From an uncultured Nitrospiraceae bacterium (GTDB lineage: Bacteria > Nitrospirota > Thermodesulfovibrionia > Thermodesulfovibrionales > UBA6898): a stretch of DNA of 64,000 nt. Each line of letters starts with the position of its first letter. The first letter of the stretch is position 1. The position numbers were made by a program, and so were the translations under genes. The DNA lies in NCBI GenBank assembly GCA_963811165.1, contig CAWEQH010000004.1:160001-224000 (forward strand), in the 5' to 3' direction. This document shows, piece after piece, positions 9,163 through 19,184 of this stretch. Under the pieces are notes generated by a model that saw only the letters and a list, made by a program, of their open reading frames with translations, ran no database searches and was not told where the DNA came from.

Positions 9163-10020
9163 ATGAGAAGGCTCGGCGTCCATACGTCCATAGCGGGAGG
9201 GCTTCACCTGAGTTTGGAAAGGGCGAGGGAACTCGGGTGCGATACGGTGCAGATCTTTTCTCATAATCCCCGCGGGTGGGCGCTCCCGTCAAGAGGAGCG
9301 GACGAAATTGCCCTGTTTAAAAAGCTGGCTGCAACATACTTGATTGCGCCGGTCTTCATCCATACGTCTTATTTGATCAACCTTGCATCTGCGGACCGGG
9401 AACTGCTCAAGAGATCTATGGACATGGTAATCGAGGAATTGAATATAGCCGATTCCATAGGCGCTGAGTTCGTTGTGCTGCACTCGGGAAGCGCCTCTGG
9501 TGATGATCCGAAGACCTCCAGAAAAAGGGCAGCTGTACTTCTTGGGGAGGTCTCAAAAAGACACAGGTGGCGGGCTGCCCTTCTCCTCGAAAACACCGCG
9601 GGAGAACGCGGTGATATAGCTTCTAAGATCGAAGAGATATCGGAAATACTTGAGGACGTGCCCGCCGGTCTTATCGGGGGCATTTGTCTTGATACCTGCC
9701 ATGCCTTTGCGTCGGGCTATTGCCTTACATCAGAGGACGGGGTCGATTCGCTTGCCGGTGACATTCGCAAATACATAGGGAGGGACGCTATCAAACTCCT
9801 TCATCTGAATGATTCAAAAGGGGGCATCTCTTCCGGCACCGACAGGCATGAGCATATCGGGAAGGGGAAAATAGGTCTCCAGGGCTTCGGGAACCTCCTC
9901 AAGCATCCTTACTATGCCGATATCCCGCTTATCCTTGAAACGCCAAAGAAATCAAAGGTCGACGACATCATTAATTTGCGGGTTGTGAAAAAGCTTCTCG
10001 GGGCGGCTTCTTTAAGGTAA
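9163..10020 (+). CDS. nfo: Endonuclease IV
   Basis: LGVHTSIAGG, QIFSHNPR, HTSYLINLAS, LENTAG, CLDTCH, HLNDSK, DRHEHIG and ILETP motifs. Confidence 0.95.
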   Translation: MRRLGVHTSIAGGLHLSLERARELGCDTVQIFSHNPRGWALPSRGADEIALFKKLAATYLIAPVFIHTSYLINLASADRELLKRSMDMVIEELNIADSIGAEFVVLHSGSASGDDPKTSRKRAAVLLGEVSKRHRWRAALLLENTAGERGDIASKIEEISEILEDVPAGLIGGICLDTCHAFASGYCLTSEDGVDSLAGDIRKYIGRDAIKLLHLNDSKGGISSGTDRHEHIGKGKIGLQGFGNLLKHPYYADIPLILETPKKSKVDDIINLRVVKKLLGAASLR

Positions 10021-10273
10021 TAAATAATAGCCGGCGTTCTTTTCAGCTACAGACGCGGATTTCATACTCGATCTCCGCGCCCCCCGGCACCTTATTGGGC
10101 AGCTATTATTTCAATAAAATCTTCGATAAAACCAATCTTGCTGGACAAGGTGGACTTTATTGATCGGTCGATCCATTCTTGTCAATGATCGTTTATGTTA
10201 TGAAACGATTGTATCCTTCGGCAGTTCGATCCTTCAGGATAGGTATTCATTGGTATATTGAATACGATTCATC

Positions 10274-10420
10274 TGTATCAAAGATTCAAATGTCTGTATC
10301 ACTTTTTTCATTGGGTGTTATTAAGAAAGAATGCTTTGTATTCTTATGTGATAAAAATGTATTTAAACTGCATTTTGTTGTTGACAAACGCAATTTAGTT
10401 GTTGTATAAATATATACAGA
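10274..10420 (+). promoter_or_regulatory. AT-rich array of TGT(AT) sites at exact 21-bp period, ending in a promoter and palindromic operator
   Basis: TGT at 10274, 10295, 10316, 10337, 10358, 10379 and 10400. TTGACA-N18-TATAAA (10381-10410). Palindrome TGTATA-AATA-TATACA (10403-10418). Confidence 0.55.
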
Positions 10421-10987
10421 ATGTCGAAACAAGCACGAGATACACTAAAAAGTTTATTCTCCTCGGCAATCAGGGCTGATCTTCTGGCGCTTCTTCTGAA
10501 CAATCCTGAAGAAAGATTTTATGTAAGGGAAATCGCGACACTCTTAAGAAAGAACCCGTCAGGCGTAAAAAGAGAGCTCGATAATCTCGAAAAAATGGGT
10601 ATACTTTCCAGTAAAAAAGTTGCCAACCTCAAATACTTCCAGGCTGAAAAGAAATCACCCCTTTTCTCTGAGTTGAAGAGTCTTATCGCGAAATCGCTGG
10701 GCGCTTCAGGGGCACTGAAGGCCGCGCTGAAAAATTCCGGATCGAAGATCGCTTTTATTTTTGGTCCCTACACGGAAAGTGAAGATACAGCGACGGTGGA
10801 TTTATTTATAGTCGGTTCCCCGTCATTAAGCGGCGAGGTGCTTAAGGACATCGAGGAAAAATTCGGGAAAAAAATCAACACAACGATAATGGATGAAAGC
10901 GAGTTCAGGGACAAAAAAGACAGCGGAGATCCCGAACTGGAAAAGCTCCTGTCTGGTGATAAAATAGTGCTGGCAGGGAAGCTTTAA
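10421..10987 (+). CDS. Winged-HTH protein with a degenerate minimal nucleotidyltransferase (MNT)-like domain
   Basis: LFSSAIRADLL...FYVREIA...GVKRELDNL wHTH, then AFIFGPY...TVDLFIVG in place of FGS...DxD. Confidence 0.8.
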   Translation: MSKQARDTLKSLFSSAIRADLLALLLNNPEERFYVREIATLLRKNPSGVKRELDNLEKMGILSSKKVANLKYFQAEKKSPLFSELKSLIAKSLGASGALKAALKNSGSKIAFIFGPYTESEDTATVDLFIVGSPSLSGEVLKDIEEKFGKKINTTIMDESEFRDKKDSGDPELEKLLSGDKIVLAGKL

Positions 10988-11031
10988 CTTAATTTTCCCC
11001 GTTTTTCGGGGATAGAAAGGTGGTGAAGAAC

Positions 11032-11115
11032 ATGGCAGTTAAGAAAGCAGCAGCAAAGAAGCCGGCAGCAAAGAAGGCAGCTCCGAAGAAAGCCGCCCCT
11101 AAGAAAAAGAAATAA
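11032..11115 (+). CDS. 27-aa Lys/Ala/Pro-rich histone-H1-tail-like peptide
   Basis: MAVKKAAAKKPAAKKAAPKKAAPKKKK*. AGGTGG SD, synonymous codon variation between the repeats, and a terminator directly downstream. Confidence 0.75.
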   Translation: MAVKKAAAKKPAAKKAAPKKAAPKKKK

Positions 11116-11137
11116 GTTAAAGGAAAAAAATTACTCT

Positions 11138-11174
11138 GGGCTGGGGAACCCTAATTCTCCAGCCCCTTTTTTTT
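11138..11174 (+). terminator. Rho-independent terminator
   Basis: GGGCTGGGGA/TCTCCAGCCC stem followed by T8. Confidence 0.8.
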
Positions 11175-11240
11175 GATATCTTAGCATAGAAAAAGGGGAA
11201 ATGGGAACTTTTTTTGTGAAATTCTGTAACTGCCGGAAAT

Positions 11241-12128
11241 TTAAGTATTAATCTGCAAAAGGGGACTAACTCTCACCGGTTCTTCCAATATGAGATCCCA
11301 TGCCTCGGGAAAAGCGAGAAGTTTTTTAAGAAATTTTATATTGGTGGAATGCCCTGATTTGTTTGCTATGATATGGCCGTAAATAGGGAACCCAAGAATA
11401 GCTAAATCTCCAATAGAATCAAGGACTTTATGGCGTACAAATTCATCTTTGAACCGCAGTCCCGAAGAGTTCAGCACTCCTTTTTCTCCCAGGATAATTG
11501 CGTTTTCGAGGGATCCGCCCTTGGCAAGACCATTCGTCCTGAGATATTCTATGTCTTTCAGAAAGCCGAAGGTCCTTGCCGGGGCGATTTCCCTGGCGAA
11601 AGTCTCTTCATTGATTTCGATGCTCAGCCGCTGTTCACCAAACCCGTAGTGATTGAAAAATATACTGTAGGTAATACGACTGCCTTCGTAAGGAAGCGCT
11701 GCCACTTTTGAATTGCCGTCGTCGAATATTATCGGCCTCTTTATCCGCAAATAGGGCATTTTTTTGCCCTGTTTTGCGATGCCCGCGCTCAGTATAATGT
11801 TTATCAATTGCGTTGAACTGCCGTCAAGTATGGGGATCTCGGGACCGTCGACATCCACCATGATATTATCTATCCCGAGTCCGGCGAGCGCGGCCATGAT
11901 GTGTTCTACCGTTCTGATCTTTGCGCCGTCCCGACCTATAGTAGTAGCAAAGGCCGTATCGATTACCGAGCCGACATGCGCCTTTATAAGCGTGTTTTTG
12001 TCGCTTCTCATAAAGGCAATACCCGAGTCCCTTGATGCGGGTTTGAGCGTAACTCTGGCATGCCTTCCGGTATGGAGGCCAATACCTTCAAATGAGACTT
12101 CGCTTTTTATGGTTCTTTGTGAGCGCAT
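11241..12128 (-). CDS. lpxC: UDP-3-O-acyl-N-acetylglucosamine deacetylase
   Basis: QRTIK, GIGLHTG, TVEHIMAAL, EIPILDGSS, ARTFGF, HKVLDSIGD and KSGH motifs. Start at MRSQRT. Confidence 0.97.
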   Translation of the reverse strand: MRSQRTIKSEVSFEGIGLHTGRHARVTLKPASRDSGIAFMRSDKNTLIKAHVGSVIDTAFATTIGRDGAKIRTVEHIMAALAGLGIDNIMVDVDGPEIPILDGSSTQLINIILSAGIAKQGKKMPYLRIKRPIIFDDGNSKVAALPYEGSRITYSIFFNHYGFGEQRLSIEINEETFAREIAPARTFGFLKDIEYLRTNGLAKGGSLENAIILGEKGVLNSSGLRFKDEFVRHKVLDSIGDLAILGFPIYGHIIANKSGHSTNIKFLKKLLAFPEAWDLILEEPVRVSPLLQINT

Positions 12129-12149
12129 AATAATCAGGAATATTAAATA

Positions 12150-12165
12150 AGCAAAATAGATGCCA
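12150..12165 (-). promoter_or_regulatory. sigma54 -24/-12 promoter for lpxC
   Basis: TGGCAT-CTATT-TTGCT matches TGGCAY-N5-TTGCW. Confidence 0.7.
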
Positions 12166-12339
12166 AATGCAATTGCTGTTAATTCAAAGACCCGCATCAA
12201 TGGTAGTGTTGATAAATAACCTCACTTGTGCAGCCCTCGACACAGTCCAATAGGTAAAAAACGGCTGGTAATTAATGAAAAAGGACCCAATCTTGATGCC
12301 GGATATTGGACCTGGACGGCCGTTGTTCGTTCTGAGTTG

Positions 12340-13725
12340 TCAATCATAAGTGCCGCCGACAACGATCTCCGGTATCCTTACTGTAGGCATTGCGTCCGAT
12401 ACAGGAACCCCCTGAGCGTCTTTGCCGCACGTTCCTATCGAAAACCCCAGGTCATCGCCGACCATATCTATCGACTGAAGGACCCTGGGGCCGTTGCCTG
12501 TCAACGTCGCCCCTCTCACCGGTTCCCCTTTTTTTCCGTTTTTGATTACATATCCTTCCTGAACTTCGAAGACGAAGTCGCCTGTTACGGTATTTACCTG
12601 TCCACCTCCCATTTTTTCCACGAGGAGGCCCTTATCGAGCGAGTTCAGTATCTTATCGGGGTGCATGCTCCCTTGGGCGATAAAGGTATTTGTCATCCTT
12701 GGAATCGGGCGGTGGCGGTACGATTCACGTCTCCCATTTCCTGTTGAAATTGTCTTATCTTTCATTGAAGTAAGTTTGTCGTACAGATAGCTCCGCAGGA
12801 CACCTTTTTCCACGAGAACGGTCCTTTGAGACGGTGTCCCTTCATCGTCGAACCTGAAAGAGCCTCTCTTGCCCGGAAGGGTCGCATCGTCCATCACGGT
12901 GATAAGTGGGGAAGCCACCTGCGTCCCGATTTTTCCGGAAAATACCGAGAGACCCTGCTGGGCAAGGTCGGCCTCGAGTCCGTGCCCAATCGCCTCGTGT
13001 ATCATCGTGCCGCCTGCTCGCGATGAAATAATAACGGGCATCCTGCCGCCCTGGGTTTTTCTTGCCGACAGCATCATCACCGCCCGTTTTGCGGCCCTGA
13101 GGCTCACCTCTTCGATAGTATTCTCTTCGAAGATCTCAAAGCCGACGAATCCCCCGACCGGTTCAATGCCTGACTGGATGATGCCGTCATCTACCGCGAT
13201 GACCTGGACGACCGCCGTAGTATACACCCTGTCGTCCTCAGTGAATGAACCCTCGGACGTTGCAACCCGGACTTTCTGCACCGAATCCCTGTACGTGACC
13301 GTCACCTGTTTTATCCTGCGGTCGAACTTCCTGGCCGTTTCATCAGCTTTTCTCACGAGCGCTATTTTCACGCCAACGGCAATGTCCGCAGGCAATAATT
13401 TTATATCAAAAGCCACCGACGGTCTTCTCACCTCTAGGTCGATAGGCCTCTCAAAGGAGCCTTCTCCTGCCGCCTTACTTGTCTTGAACGCGGCCTCCAG
13501 CAACGCTTTTTCCGAAAGGTCATTACTGTAAGCATAGGCGGTCCTCCCCTTATATATCAGGCGCAGGCCCATGCCCGTTTCAGTCCCGGTCACCACTTTT
13601 TCGAGTTTCCCGTCTTCAAGCACAAGAGACGTCTGCTCCCGCTGTTCGAAAAAGGCATCGGCGTATTCTCCGCCGCGGGAAAGGGTTTTCCCGATCAGTT
13701 TCGATTGGAGTTCTTTATCGATCAA
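12340..13725 (-). CDS. tldD: TldD metalloprotease subunit
   Basis: HEAIGHGLEAD, DDEGTP, TGNGRRESY, PRMTNT and GTCGK motifs. TTG start after GAGGAG. Confidence 0.93.
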   Translation of the reverse strand: MIDKELQSKLIGKTLSRGGEYADAFFEQREQTSLVLEDGKLEKVVTGTETGMGLRLIYKGRTAYAYSNDLSEKALLEAAFKTSKAAGEGSFERPIDLEVRRPSVAFDIKLLPADIAVGVKIALVRKADETARKFDRRIKQVTVTYRDSVQKVRVATSEGSFTEDDRVYTTAVVQVIAVDDGIIQSGIEPVGGFVGFEIFEENTIEEVSLRAAKRAVMMLSARKTQGGRMPVIISSRAGGTMIHEAIGHGLEADLAQQGLSVFSGKIGTQVASPLITVMDDATLPGKRGSFRFDDEGTPSQRTVLVEKGVLRSYLYDKLTSMKDKTISTGNGRRESYRHRPIPRMTNTFIAQGSMHPDKILNSLDKGLLVEKMGGGQVNTVTGDFVFEVQEGYVIKNGKKGEPVRGATLTGNGPRVLQSIDMVGDDLGFSIGTCGKDAQGVPVSDAMPTVRIPEIVVGGTYD

Positions 13726-13845
13726 ATCCGCTCCTCTCGGCCAATTAGAAAATATTTTGCAATCCCATCGTCGAAAATATGAGACAAATTATTATACACT
13801 ATTACCCTGACTATGAAGCCCAGACAGCCTAAAAAAGGAGATCGT

Positions 13846-14631
13846 ATGCCGATAATTGGAGTGATAGGAGGTAGCGGACTGTATGATATTCCGGGAATGG
13901 AGATAAAAGATTCCGTGAAGATCAGTACGCCTTACGGTGAGCCTTCGGACCTGTACAGGACCGGGAGATGGTCGGGTAGGGATGCGGTCTTTCTCCCCAG
14001 GCATGGTTCGATGCACCACATCCAGCCGCACAAAGTGAACTACAGGGCCAATATTTGGGGGTTTAGGGAACTGGGGGTCGAGAAAATTATTTCCGTATGC
14101 TCCTCAGGCGGAATTACCCCGGCGATGAAACCCGGGATGATTGCGGTGCCGGAGCAGATAATCGATATGACACACGGCCGGATGTCGACGTTCTATGACG
14201 AAGATGAAGTAGTGCATGTGGATTTCACCGAGCCTTTCTGCCCTGATATGAGAACGTATGTTTCCGACGCCGCCGCGGCGGCCGGAGTGGCAGTGATCAA
14301 CTCCGGAGCGTATGTCTGCACGAACGGCCCCAGGCTTGAGACCGCCTCGGAGATAAGGACTTTTTCGAAGTGGGGGGCAGATATGGTCGGCATGACGCTT
14401 ATGCCCGAGGCCGTGCTTGCGCGGGAGCTTGAAATATGTTTTACTTGTATTGCGGTGATCACTAACTTTGCTGCGGGGATAGCGGCCAAGAAACTTACGA
14501 CGAAAGAGGTCCTTTCAACTATGCACTCCTCCTCGGAAAGCCTGCGCTCGGTCCTGCAGGCCCTCTTTTCCCTCAGGATGGGACCTTCCTCCTGCGGGTG
14601 TAAACATACTCTGAAAGAAGCAAGAATGTAA
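13846..14631 (+). CDS. mtnP: S-methyl-5'-thioadenosine/thioinosine phosphorylase
   Basis: IGVIGGSG, TPYGEPS, FLPRHG, NYRANI, GPRLETASE and VGMT motifs. AAGGAG SD before ATG 13846. Confidence 0.9.
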   Translation: MPIIGVIGGSGLYDIPGMEIKDSVKISTPYGEPSDLYRTGRWSGRDAVFLPRHGSMHHIQPHKVNYRANIWGFRELGVEKIISVCSSGGITPAMKPGMIAVPEQIIDMTHGRMSTFYDEDEVVHVDFTEPFCPDMRTYVSDAAAAAGVAVINSGAYVCTNGPRLETASEIRTFSKWGADMVGMTLMPEAVLARELEICFTCIAVITNFAAGIAAKKLTTKEVLSTMHSSSESLRSVLQALFSLRMGPSSCGCKHTLKEARM

Positions 14632-14635
14632 ATCC

Positions 14636-16006
14636 ATGCAGACGATCCTCCTGGTCGAAGACAAAGATTCGATGGCGCAGATGCTGAAAGAAACACTTGA
14701 GTCCGCCGGATACGGGACTGTTGTGGCCAGAGACGGACTTGAAGGCATTCGCATACTGAAAGAGGGCCATTTCGACCTTGTCCTTTCCGATCTGAAACTT
14801 CCCAAAAAGGACGGGATCGAAGTTCTCAAGGCCTCTAAAGCTGAGAATCAGCTTACGCCGGTTATCGTGATGACGGCCTTCGGCACTGTGGAGAACGCGG
14901 TTGCCGCCATGAAGGAAGGGGCTTTTGACTTCATTACTAAACCCTTTGATACCGACCACCTGCTTTTGCTGATCGGAAGGGCGCTTGAGACGCAGAGACT
15001 GCTTACCGAGAACATACTCCTCAAGGACGAACTGGCCGCTAAATTCGGGACCCCGAAAATCATCGGCAAGAGCAGCGGCATTGTCGAGGTCGCTCAAAAC
15101 GTCCGGAAGGTGGCCCAGGGGAAAACAACGGTTCTCCTTCTTGGTGAAAGCGGCACGGGGAAAGAGCTCTTTGCACGGGCGATTCACAACCTCAGCCCGA
15201 GGGGGAAGTATCCCTTCGTACCCATCAATTGCGCTGCAATTCCGAAGGAGCTTCTCGAGAGCGAACTTTTCGGACATGAAAAAGGGGCATTTACCGGAGC
15301 CGAGGCCAAGAAGATCGGCAAGTTCGAGCTTGCCGATAAGGGCACAATATTCCTCGACGAGATAGCCGACATGGAATTGTCGCTTCAGACAAAGCTATTG
15401 AGAGTGATACAGGAAGGCGAGATAGAGAGGGTGGGCGGCGTCAAGTCCGTCATCATTGATGTAAGGATAGTGGCGGCAAGCAACCGAAATATCGAAAGGG
15501 CGGTCGAGGACGGGACATTCAGAGAAGATCTCTATTACCGGCTGAACGTCTTCCCCATAGTGATACCGCCTCTTAGGGACCGGACAGACGATATCCCGCT
15601 TCTATCGGAATATTTTATCATTAAGTACAGTACGGAACTCAAAACTTCTTTAAAGAAAATGTCGAAAGAGGCGACGGAAATGTTAATGGGTTATCCCTGG
15701 AAGGGGAATGTGAGGGAACTCGAAAATTGCATCGAGAGGGCCATCATTCTCTGCGACGGAGATACGATCCTGCCTGAGCACATGGCGCTCAACCAGAAAC
15801 TCTCCCTCGAACACTCGCTCAAAAACCTGCCGGCGGAGGGGCCCCTGGAGAATACTGCAAGAGAGGCCACGAGGATCGTGGAGACACAAAGGATAGTCCG
15901 CGCCCTTAAAGAGACGAGGGGGAACAAAAGCAAGGCTTCCGAACTGCTTCAGGTAAGCTATAAGACACTTCTGACAAAGATAAAGGAATACGGCATCGAA
16001 TCATAA
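14636..16006 (+). CDS. sigma54-dependent response regulator (NtrC/AtoC family)
   Basis: REC domain, [19 protein letters not shown] and C-terminal Fis HTH. Confidence 0.95.
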   Translation: MQTILLVEDKDSMAQMLKETLESAGYGTVVARDGLEGIRILKEGHFDLVLSDLKLPKKDGIEVLKASKAENQLTPVIVMTAFGTVENAVAAMKEGAFDFITKPFDTDHLLLLIGRALETQRLLTENILLKDELAAKFGTPKIIGKSSGIVEVAQNVRKVAQGKTTVLLLGESGTGKELFARAIHNLSPRGKYPFVPINCAAIPKELLESELFGHEKGAFTGAEAKKIGKFELADKGTIFLDEIADMELSLQTKLLRVIQEGEIERVGGVKSVIIDVRIVAASNRNIERAVEDGTFREDLYYRLNVFPIVIPPLRDRTDDIPLLSEYFIIKYSTELKTSLKKMSKEATEMLMGYPWKGNVRELENCIERAIILCDGDTILPEHMALNQKLSLEHSLKNLPAEGPLENTAREATRIVETQRIVRALKETRGNKSKASELLQVSYKTLLTKIKEYGIES

Positions 16007-16255
16007 AGGCCCGTAGGGATCTGCGGTGGACTGTGCGAGAATGTATAGTCACAGATCGATTTCCCGGTCCCAAGGTGTTCAAAACGTATATATTCGGCCG
16101 GCCTCTCCTTGACAGTATTAAGTTCCTGGAATTAATATAAAAAAGACGGTAAATTCCTTTCTCTATTCCTCGATTTTCAGGGAAGGTTGGGTTTTCGTAA
16201 CAGAGGCTGATGAGAAAAGGCAGGACGAAAGACAAAAATTGCTCAGGAGGTTTTC

Positions 16256-17011
16256 GTGTCAGGACATTCCAAGTGGTCTCAGATAAAACATAAGAAAGGT
16301 CATACGGACGCAAAGAGGGGAAAAATATTTACAAAAATAGTGAAAGAGATCTCTATTGCGGCGAGACTGGGCGGCGGCGACCCCAACGGTAACCCCAGAC
16401 TTCGCACCGCGATTGAAAAGGCCAAAGAAGTGAACATGCCTCACGATAACGTGAAAAAGGCGATCATGAAGGGCACAGGTGAACTCCCTGGCGTCGCCTA
16501 TGAAGAATATGTGTATGAGGGGTACGGACCGGCTGGAGTTGCACTGATGATCGAGGTCATGACCGACAATAAAAACAGGACATTGCCCGAGATCAGGCAC
16601 GTATTGGCAAAGACCGGCGGCAGCCTTGGGGAGACGGGATGCGTGTCGTGGATGTTCGATAAAAAGGGATACATATTGGTCGGTAAGTCGAAGTCATCGG
16701 AGGATACGGTGATGTCGATCGCGCTGGATGCGGGCGCCGAGGACATGAAAAACGACCCCAACGAGGAGAACTATGAGATCATTACGGCGCCGGAGGATTT
16801 CACAAAGGTAAAGGAGGCGCTTGAAAAAGCCAACATACCGATCTCTTCAGCCGAGGTGTCGATGCTGCCCAAGAATTATGTCGTGCTGGATGAAAAGGCC
16901 GCCGAACAGATGGTGAGGCTCATGGACGGCCTTGAAGACAATGATGATGTCCAGAATGTATACGCGAACTTTGATATCCCCGACGAGGTTGCCGAAAAGG
17001 CGGGGGCATAA
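16256..17011 (+). CDS. yebC: YebC/PmpR-family protein
   Basis: [26 protein letters not shown] and DDVQNVY motifs. GTG start after AGGAGG. Confidence 0.95.
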   Translation: MSGHSKWSQIKHKKGHTDAKRGKIFTKIVKEISIAARLGGGDPNGNPRLRTAIEKAKEVNMPHDNVKKAIMKGTGELPGVAYEEYVYEGYGPAGVALMIEVMTDNKNRTLPEIRHVLAKTGGSLGETGCVSWMFDKKGYILVGKSKSSEDTVMSIALDAGAEDMKNDPNEENYEIITAPEDFTKVKEALEKANIPISSAEVSMLPKNYVVLDEKAAEQMVRLMDGLEDNDDVQNVYANFDIPDEVAEKAGA

Positions 17012-17103
17012 CGGCTTCCAACCGGTGTCTTATCCATGCAAAATCAAATGGGCCATCGTACAAAGGACATTGCAATAATAACCTTGGCGATTTATCATAA
17101 AAA

Positions 17104-17724
17104 ATGAGCGGTCCTTTCTTTAGTATCTTCAAGAGAAAGTTTATCACGGGTTTGTTTGTTTCGATACCCGCGGTGATTACCATTTTGATCATAGGAAAAT
17201 TCATCTCTTTCGTCGACAGTCTCCTTGAACCCATTTATTACAGTATCCTCGGGTATCACACCCAGGGCCTGGGTTTCATTTCGGCGATAATAATTGTTTT
17301 TGTGATCGGCATACTCTCGACGAACGTATTTGGGAAGAGGATCATCAATTTCTTTGAACAGATATTTATCAATATTCCTGTTTTTAAAGGCTTCTATACT
17401 GCGGTAAAACACCTCGTCGATGCATTTTCACCTGATAACAAATCTGTTTCTTTCAAAAAGTTCGTCATTATTGAATATCCAAGGCCCGGCCTGTTTGCCT
17501 TCGGCTTTCTCACGAAAGAATGCACGGTTAAATCCTCAAAAGACGGAACGGAGTCCCGTTTCAGGGCCATTTATGTTCCCACAAATAACCTTTATCTCGG
17601 TGAAATCGTGCTTGCCAGTGAAGGGGACGTGTATTACACTGATATCCCTATCGAGGAGGGAATAAAAATAATCCTCTCGGGGGGGATCGCCGCACCCAAT
17701 GTAATACGGGAAACAGAGAGATGA
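17104..17724 (+). CDS. DUF502 membrane protein
   Basis: FITGLFVSIPAVIT, IPVFKGFYTAVK, IEYPRPG, YVPT and KIILSGG motifs. Confidence 0.85.
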   Translation: MSGPFFSIFKRKFITGLFVSIPAVITILIIGKFISFVDSLLEPIYYSILGYHTQGLGFISAIIIVFVIGILSTNVFGKRIINFFEQIFINIPVFKGFYTAVKHLVDAFSPDNKSVSFKKFVIIEYPRPGLFAFGFLTKECTVKSSKDGTESRFRAIYVPTNNLYLGEIVLASEGDVYYTDIPIEEGIKIILSGGIAAPNVIRETER

Positions 17725-19127
17725 AGACCGCATGTATAATCCTCGCCGCAGGGCTGGGGAAGAGGATGGGTTCTCCGCTGCCGAAGGTGCTGCACCGGAT
17801 ATGCGGGACCACCATGCTTGAGAGTGTCCTCTCCTCTGTGCGAAAACTCCGGCCCGACAGGACCATCATAGTCGCGGGCAGGCATATTGAGGCAATAAAG
17901 GAGACCTTGGGAAACGAGGGCCTTTCCTACGTCCTGCAGAAAGAGGCAAAGGGCACAGGCCACGCTGTGTTGTGCGCCAGGGCGGCATTGAAAGCCTTTA
18001 GGGGAACGGTGGTCGTCTTAAACGGCGATACGCCCCTTTTGGACTGTGAAACGATAAAAAAGTTTTTAAGGATGCACAGGAGAGACGGAAACACTCTTTC
18101 GGTGCTTTCTTTTACGGCCAAGGACCCGACGGATTACGGAAGGATCCTCAGGGACGGTTCCGGAGAGGTATCGGCGATCATCGAGGAGAAGGACGCCAGT
18201 CCGTCTCAGAAGGGAATACGCGAGATAAACAGCGGTGTCTACGCCATTAATAATGAAGCGCTTCCCCTTCTTGACGTGATCAGGATGAACAGGGCCAAGG
18301 GTGAATACTATCTTACCGATATCGTCTCTGAGGCGGCGAAGCGCGGGGTAAAGACATCCGCCTACTGCATCGGCACCGAGGAAGAATTTATGGGAGTCAA
18401 CACAAGGGAGGAACTTGGCAGGGCATCACTTCTTATGAGGAAGCGCATAGTAAAGAAATGGTCCGAAAGAGGGGTGATTTTTCTCGATGCCGATTCGGCG
18501 TTTGTCCATGCCGGTGTCTCGATAGGGAAAGATGCGACAATCTACCCGAATGTGTATCTCGAAGGGAATACAAAGGTAGGGCGGGAAGCTACGATATTCC
18601 CCAACGTCCGGATCGTCGACGCCGAGATCGGGGCGGGGGCCGTCATCAAAGACTCGACGGTCATCGAGGATTCGAAGGTGAAAAACGGAGCATCAGTGGG
18701 CCCCTTTGCCCATCTGAGGCCCGGTTCTGAGGTGGGTGCCGGAGCAAGGGTTGGAAATTTTGTAGAGTTGAAGAAGGCGGTCATGGGCAAGGGAAGCAAG
18801 GCCTCCCACCTGAGCTATCTCGGCGATGCTCACATCGGAAAAGGCGTAAACATAGGGGCCGGGACGATTACCTGCAATTACGACGGGACGAAGAAACACA
18901 GGACGGTCCTGGGCGACGCTGTTTTTGTCGGCAGCGATACGCAGTTCATTGCGCCGGTGAAGGTCGGCAAAGGCGCTTATATAGGGGCCGGTTCGACGAT
19001 CACCACGGACGTCCCTGCGGGTGCCCTTGCGGTAAGCAGGACAAAGCAGAAGAACATACGCGGCTGGGCGGACAGAAGACGCCAGGAAACGCAAGGCGGG
19101 AGAAAGAAGGCTCCGATACAAAAATGA
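17721..19127 (+). CDS. glmU: Bifunctional UDP-GlcNAc pyrophosphorylase/glucosamine-1-P acetyltransferase
   Basis: LAAGLGKRM, PKVLH, EYYLTD, GPFAHLRP, GNFVE, HLSYLGD and TCNYDG motifs. Confidence 0.97.
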   Translation: MKTACIILAAGLGKRMGSPLPKVLHRICGTTMLESVLSSVRKLRPDRTIIVAGRHIEAIKETLGNEGLSYVLQKEAKGTGHAVLCARAALKAFRGTVVVLNGDTPLLDCETIKKFLRMHRRDGNTLSVLSFTAKDPTDYGRILRDGSGEVSAIIEEKDASPSQKGIREINSGVYAINNEALPLLDVIRMNRAKGEYYLTDIVSEAAKRGVKTSAYCIGTEEEFMGVNTREELGRASLLMRKRIVKKWSERGVIFLDADSAFVHAGVSIGKDATIYPNVYLEGNTKVGREATIFPNVRIVDAEIGAGAVIKDSTVIEDSKVKNGASVGPFAHLRPGSEVGAGARVGNFVELKKAVMGKGSKASHLSYLGDAHIGKGVNIGAGTITCNYDGTKKHRTVLGDAVFVGSDTQFIAPVKVGKGAYIGAGSTITTDVPAGALAVSRTKQKNIRGWADRRRQETQGGRKKAPIQK

Positions 19128-19184
19128 AAAGGGAATTTTGCGTGGACTTATTCCCCATACTGTCTCACGGATTACGGTGGTAGC

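Noticed and set aside
8568..9191. Long N-terminal part of the 343-aa minus-strand ORF
   Set aside because: It is antisense to two SD-supported plus-strand genes; the real start is at 8567.
10179..10409. 76-aa ORF in the AT-rich block
   Set aside because: No SD or recognisable motif, and it overlaps the promoter and operator array.
10021..10420. Possible oriC (AT-rich, several GATC sites)
   Set aside because: No perfect DnaA box (TTATCCACA) and no dnaA, dnaN or gidA nearby. Kept only as a phased binding array.
10274..10420. CRISPR-like periodicity
   Set aside because: The 21-bp period has only 3-6 conserved bases, far too short for repeat-spacer units, and there are no cas genes.
16206..16233. 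CTGATGAG...CGAAA hammerhead-like core upstream of yebC
   Set aside because: The intervening bases (AAAAGGCAGGA) cannot form stem II, and no convincing stems I or III were found.
19128..19184. glmS ribozyme
   Set aside because: The intergenic space is only 57 nt and has no recognisable core.
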